Source: Candidatus Micrarchaeales archaeon
Lineage (GTDB): Archaea > Micrarchaeota > Micrarchaeia > Micrarchaeales > JBNAVG01
Assembly: GCA_049700355.1 (NCBI GenBank)
Contig: JBNAVG010000003.1
Location: 1-28,611, forward strand
Direction of reading: 5' to 3'
DNA length: 28,611 nucleotides
The notes under the pieces are model-generated. The model was not told where the DNA came from. It did not search any database and worked only from the letters and a program-made list of their open reading frames with translations. Within the stretch, counting starts at the first letter, position 1; the number at the start of each line of letters is the position of its first letter. Below are positions 24,580-28,611 of this stretch, one piece after another. The translations under genes were made by a program, and so were the position numbers.

Positions 24580-25823
24580 TGAAAAAGCTACTTATCTTTT
24601 TTATTTTTGTTTTAAGCTCTTTATACGCTACTTCTTCAATCGAGTGTAACGTTTGTTATTTTCCTAGACCTTTATCATGCCCAAGCGAATGTTCTACTCT
24701 AGTTCCATGTTCAGCACCTTCTGGGAGTGGTTATGAGTGTGTAAATTATAAAGGAGTTTCTTACTCTTTAATTACTGAAAATACAATACAAATAAACTTC
24801 TATTCCACAAATACTTGCGAGCCTTCTTCACTTCAATTATCCCAAGAAATAAGCGTTTCTTCCTATTCTTCTTCCTGTGATCCAAATAAATGTTATGATA
24901 TCTCCACCTCTTGTGGCCAACAGCTATTGCAATTAATTCAGAGTTTTCCAGCTAAAGAAATAAAAGTTTTACTTCCAAAGGATATAATTACAATCTCATT
25001 GTTAATAATCTTTGTAGAAGTTTCAGCTTTGGGCATAGTATATACTTTAGGAAAAGCATTTTCTTATGAAAAGTTAGTAACTTATTCAAAAGGTGAACTT
25101 ACGCAAGCACTTGCAAATATAATCCTCATTGGCATAATTTTTTCACTTCTTTTAACTATGGATATTTATAAAATATTTCAAACTCTTGATTTACAACTTA
25201 ACAAACTTGCTTCGGATATAACAAGCTATGCATTTTTGCCATTTTTATGGAATACTATAATGTCAGTAGTTGAAAGTTTATCATTTAGTATAGAATTTTC
25301 CATTCCAATTTCTATCGTTACAGTTAATATAGGTGTATATAATGTTCAACCATTGGATGGAATTGCACCTTTCCTTGATGCTGTTGATAGAATCCTTTCT
25401 TATTTCTCTTTATCCTATATTTTTATTATTGCTACAAGAGTATTCTTTATTTTCATAGAAACCATGCTCCCTATACTTCTCTATTTGGGGCTTCTGCTTA
25501 GAATAATTCCTTGGACAAGAAGCGCCGGTGGTTACTTAATTGCTTTCTTTATTTCTTTTTATTTCTTTTATCCATTGCTCCTTTGGTCTTTCCTTTCTTT
25601 ACAACCATTTAGTCTAATAACTTTTTATTCACCATATAACTATTTTAATTTTTGGTATCCAGATGTTACCAACCTTGAAAATTTTGCTGTAGATGTTGTA
25701 ACAACAATAATAAATATATTGCCCCTTATACTATGTTTTATAGTGTCATTAATGGTAGTTGAAGAGTTTGGTATGCTCCTTGGATCTTTTCTTACAAGAC
25801 CAAGTTTATTTAGGCTGATATGA
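24576..25823 (+). CDS. Membrane paralog 4 of 6 (putative CedA/VirB6-like) with N-terminal Cys-rich domain
   Basis: Signal peptide, 10 Cys in about the first 113 aa. Motif A: IVYTLGKAFSYEKLVTYSKGELTQALAN. Motif B: YLGLLLRIIPWTRSAGGYLIAFFISFYFFYP. ATGA overlap with paralog 3. Confidence 0.8.
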   Translation: MMKKLLIFFIFVLSSLYATSSIECNVCYFPRPLSCPSECSTLVPCSAPSGSGYECVNYKGVSYSLITENTIQINFYSTNTCEPSSLQLSQEISVSSYSSSCDPNKCYDISTSCGQQLLQLIQSFPAKEIKVLLPKDIITISLLIIFVEVSALGIVYTLGKAFSYEKLVTYSKGELTQALANIILIGIIFSLLLTMDIYKIFQTLDLQLNKLASDITSYAFLPFLWNTIMSVVESLSFSIEFSIPISIVTVNIGVYNVQPLDGIAPFLDAVDRILSYFSLSYIFIIATRVFFIFIETMLPILLYLGLLLRIIPWTRSAGGYLIAFFISFYFFYPLLLWSFLSLQPFSLITFYSPYNYFNFWYPDVTNLENFAVDVVTTIINILPLILCFIVSLMVVEEFGMLLGSFLTRPSLFRLI

Positions 25824-26965
25824 TGAAAAAAGTATTGCTTTCATTATTACTTTTAACCTTTGTCTTTGCACAAACAGATAATTCTTATTCTACTATAAAC
25901 AAAGGGATTCAAACATTAAAAGAGAGTTATCCTTTCATTATGCTAATAATTCTTTTTACTTTTGTTTTAAGTGTTTTCATTTATTCTATCGGAAAATTTC
26001 TAAATATGGGATCCATAAAAAGTTGGGCTAAGGATCAAATTTACGAATCCTTTCTTTCTTTATTTATAGGAGTTTTTGTAGTGTTTTTACTTGAGAATTT
26101 CTTTTTAAATCAAAATTTTGGTGGTCTATTAACCTCTTATGGTTTGTTACCTCAGGCATGTAAGAGTGAAACTAACCTATTCGGTATAGGAGAATGTGAA
26201 CTTAACGAGTTCTTTAAAAACATAGATAACCTTCTTTGGAACATTTTTGCTTACGATTTGCTTTTTTCTGTGCTTGGTACATGTGGACTTAGTTTTGAAT
26301 TTTCGATTCCTCCTTCTCCTGCTCCCCCCATTCTAAAAATTGGAATAGGTACAAGCCTTCTTTCACCTTTAATGACGGACCTAAGTGATTTTCTTAGCGA
26401 GGGATATTACATTTTACTGGTAGCTTATCTTTTAAATTTCTTCCAGTTTTACCTTATACAAATCGCCCCATACTTCTTTTTATACTTCTTTCCAATTGGA
26501 GTAGTTTTAAGAAGTTTTAGTTTAACAAGAAAAGTAGGCGGGAGCATAATAGCGATTTCTTTAGGAATTTCAATACTCTACCCTATATTAGTTGCAATTG
26601 GTTATGGCTACATACTTTCTGCTTTTCAATTTAATATACCCTCATCTATATTAAGTTTCACTTCAGTAGGAGGTACTTTTATCGCCAGTATTCTCTCATG
26701 GATTTATTCTTATTCTGGGAAAAGTATAATAGGAATTTTATCCCTTTTTATCTTTATTGGAAGTTTAATTCCTAGCCTTATCAGTTTAGTAACTTTTGTA
26801 TTCCCTATTTTATTCGGTTCTATCACTACTCTAGCCCCTGTTATAATAGGTCTTTTAATTGTACCATATATTATATTTGATGTCATCGAAAACTTTATTA
26901 GAGGACTCTCAAGCCAAATAGGACAAGAGGTGAGTGTGCTTGGTGCGATTGGAAGAATTTTGTAA
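25820..26965 (+). CDS. Membrane paralog 5 of 6 (putative CedA/VirB6-like)
   Basis: Signal peptide MMKKVLLSLLLLTFVFA. Motif A: FIYSIGKFLNMGSIKSWAKDQIYESFLS. Motif B: FPIGVVLRSFSLTRKVGGSIIAISLGISILYP. ATGA overlap with paralog 4. Confidence 0.8.
   Translation: MMKKVLLSLLLLTFVFAQTDNSYSTINKGIQTLKESYPFIMLIILFTFVLSVFIYSIGKFLNMGSIKSWAKDQIYESFLSLFIGVFVVFLLENFFLNQNFGGLLTSYGLLPQACKSETNLFGIGECELNEFFKNIDNLLWNIFAYDLLFSVLGTCGLSFEFSIPPSPAPPILKIGIGTSLLSPLMTDLSDFLSEGYYILLVAYLLNFFQFYLIQIAPYFFLYFFPIGVVLRSFSLTRKVGGSIIAISLGISILYPILVAIGYGYILSAFQFNIPSSILSFTSVGGTFIASILSWIYSYSGKSIIGILSLFIFIGSLIPSLISLVTFVFPILFGSITTLAPVIIGLLIVPYIIFDVIENFIRGLSSQIGQEVSVLGAIGRIL
26927..26933 (+). promoter_or_regulatory. Shine-Dalgarno GAGGTGA inside the paralog 5 3' end, serving paralog 6
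   Basis: 6 nt before an in-frame TTG at 26940 (9 nt before GTG 26943). Confidence 0.45.
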
Positions 26966-28151
26966 ATTAAAATTATTCCTTTTATTTTTTCTAATTTTTG
27001 TAAGTAAAGTATATGCTCAAGAAGTGCTGAATCTTCCACGTTGGTATCTAAAACAATATGATGAAGAAATAAAAGGGATATGGAAGGAGTACCAACCCAT
27101 TGCATTAATAGCAGTTTTACTTTCATTTACAGTAGCTTCTTTACTTTATAGTTTTGGTTTTATCCTACAAAACGATAGATTAAAAAATTATGCAATGGCT
27201 GAATTTTTAGAAGCAGTTGCAAGCCTTCTTATGGTAATTTTATTTGTCGTTTTACTCCAAATATTAGCCTCCACCTTTTTCCCAGTAGTTACACAAGGAG
27301 CAACCCCAGAACAAAAGCAAATTGTTGAAATCGGACCTTTTGCTTACTTGGATGCAAAGCTAAATTTAATTCAACAAGTTTCAAATAAAACATATACTGC
27401 TACAATTAACTTACTTTACATTTTAAATTTTATAAGCTCTGTAAAAATAAGTACTCCAACTCTTGAAAAAAATTCTGTTCCAGAACTTCTTTTTAACGCT
27501 AATTCTATTCTAGGGAAATTTGGGTTTATTTATACAAGTAGATTAGCTCCTATTATGAATACGTTTATTGCAGCTTTAACAGAAATTGGGGAGTATATTT
27601 ATAGTGGTCTGAAAGCTTTAAGTTTTCAAAGAGCCCTCCTTAAATTTTTTGCAGAGTCCTCAATAACGGTTTTTCTTCCTCTTGGAGTAGTGCTGAGGAT
27701 TTTTCCGCCAACGAGAGGAGCCGGTGGCATGCTTATTGCTATGGCTTTTAGCTTTTTCTTTATTTTCCCTTTTGTTTATCTTGTTTTTTACCTGCCCTCG
27801 GGTTCAAATAGCTTTGCTTCTATTTTACTTTCAAACTTACAAAAAATAAACTCCAAGCTCGACGAGATTAATTCCGATAAGATATTAGCATTTATAAAAG
27901 TTAGCACAAATAGTGGAGCACTTGCAATTTTTACAACTTTTGTTTACTCTATAAAATTAATTTTGGACCTTTTAAGCAGTTCAACTCTCTTAAATTTATT
28001 CATTTCATTTTATCCTACTTATTTATTTGCCACAAGCATAATTCCTGTAATTGCAGGAGCGCTTGCATTAACCTTTATGACTACTCTCTCTGACCTTTTT
28101 GGTGAGAATGCAGTTAAATATGGGCAAAGGTTAATAGGAAGGATAATATAA
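26940..28151 (+). CDS. Membrane paralog 6 of 6 (putative CedA/VirB6-like)
   Basis: The ORF track opens at 26934. Motif A: LLYSFGFILQNDRLKNYAMAEFLEAVAS. Motif B: LPLGVVLRIFPPTRGAGGMLIAMAFSFFFIFP. Confidence 0.8.
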   Translation: MVRLEEFCKLKLFLLFFLIFVSKVYAQEVLNLPRWYLKQYDEEIKGIWKEYQPIALIAVLLSFTVASLLYSFGFILQNDRLKNYAMAEFLEAVASLLMVILFVVLLQILASTFFPVVTQGATPEQKQIVEIGPFAYLDAKLNLIQQVSNKTYTATINLLYILNFISSVKISTPTLEKNSVPELLFNANSILGKFGFIYTSRLAPIMNTFIAALTEIGEYIYSGLKALSFQRALLKFFAESSITVFLPLGVVLRIFPPTRGAGGMLIAMAFSFFFIFPFVYLVFYLPSGSNSFASILLSNLQKINSKLDEINSDKILAFIKVSTNSGALAIFTTFVYSIKLILDLLSSSTLLNLFISFYPTYLFATSIIPVIAGALALTFMTTLSDLFGENAVKYGQRLIGRII

Positions 28152-28253
28152 ACTCTAAATGCTTTTTTAGGTATAAGTTAATAAAAAGGGGATAAAAAAA
28201 GAAAAGAAAGAAAAGAAGGTAAAAATTAAAATTAATAAAATCAAAAGTTTATA

Positions 28254-28611
28254 ATGGAAATAAGAGAAATGCTTTTCTATTCTTTCCTTGGAATTTCATT
28301 TTTATTTAGTTTTCTTGTTTTTGGTTTTTTGCTTTATATGCCAAACTTCTTAAAATTTTTTTTGATCTTACTTTCTGGAATTTTTGCATACTTTGCATAT
28401 TTCCTATTTAAATTTGATTACATTGCTATACCCCTTTTAACTCAAAAAAGTAAAAGGGTTAAAACTGGTGCTCAAAGATATTGGTTTTCCCCAACAGGTG
28501 ATGTATTGGTCACAAAAATCGGAAATATATTCTATGCATCTATATTCTTAAGAATTCACTCCTATTCCTCTTATACTGAAAAAAATGATGAGGAAAAGGT
28601 TGAGTTTGTTA
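28254..28611 (+). CDS. Partial 2-TM membrane protein with soluble C-terminal domain (possible PrgI/VirB3-TrsE-like T4SS component); runs off the right edge
   Basis: Translated by hand, not in the ORF track: MEIREMLFYSFLGISFLFSFLVFGFLLYMPNFLKFFLILLSGIFAYFAYFLFKFDYIAIPLLTQKSKRVKTGAQRYWFSPTGDVLVTKIGNIFYASIFLRIHSYSSYTEKNDEEKVEFV, 119 codons with no stop. The ORF is well supported; the function is inferred. Confidence 0.7.
   Translation, partial: MEIREMLFYSFLGISFLFSFLVFGFLLYMPNFLKFFLILLSGIFAYFAYFLFKFDYIAIPLLTQKSKRVKTGAQRYWFSPTGDVLVTKIGNIFYASIFLRIHSYSSYTEKNDEEKVEFV

Noticed and set aside
1885-26965. Other short track ORFs (1885, 4995, 13681, 14582, 15158, 15473, 17767, 19262, 22247, 26710)
   Set aside because: All lie antisense to, or out of frame within, well-supported genes.
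1-28611. Apparent abundance of AAGCTT/AGCT sites
   Set aside because: Plausibly explained by Lys-Leu (AAG CTT) and Ala/Glu-Leu codon use, and I cannot quantify it without computation.

Overview
AT-rich archaeal chromosomal segment. It most likely comes from a DPANN archaeon of the Micrarchaeota type, inferred from the QSAIEYLMTYGWAILII pilin N-terminus, the fused Rpo1 and the compact gene packing. Bases 1-19.6 kb are mostly housekeeping: a partial pilin-like adhesin absent from the ORF track, a Wzx/RfbX-type flippase, pheT, a beta-CASP nuclease with pelota, an rpoH-rpoB-rpoA operon, a PGF-pre-PGF surface glycoprotein, and a tfb-hyp-TRAM-psmB-aCPSF1 run. The Rpo1 is an A'+A'' fusion that appears to lack the foot domain and has a proline at the conserved bridge-helix Thr. 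Bases 19.8-28.6 kb hold the most interesting element: a membrane-protein gene, then six tandem, overlapping, highly diverged paralogous polytopic membrane proteins sharing two motifs and carrying variable Cys/Pro-rich extracellular parts, then a truncated 2-TM gene that resembles the PrgI/VirB3-TrsE module found upstream of VirB4 ATPases. I infer a Ced/T4SS-like (VirB6/CedA-like) envelope transfer system with an expanded subunit set; this needs structure or HMM confirmation. I saw no tRNA, rRNA, CRISPR array or mobile element. All family assignments come from motif recall, not database searches.
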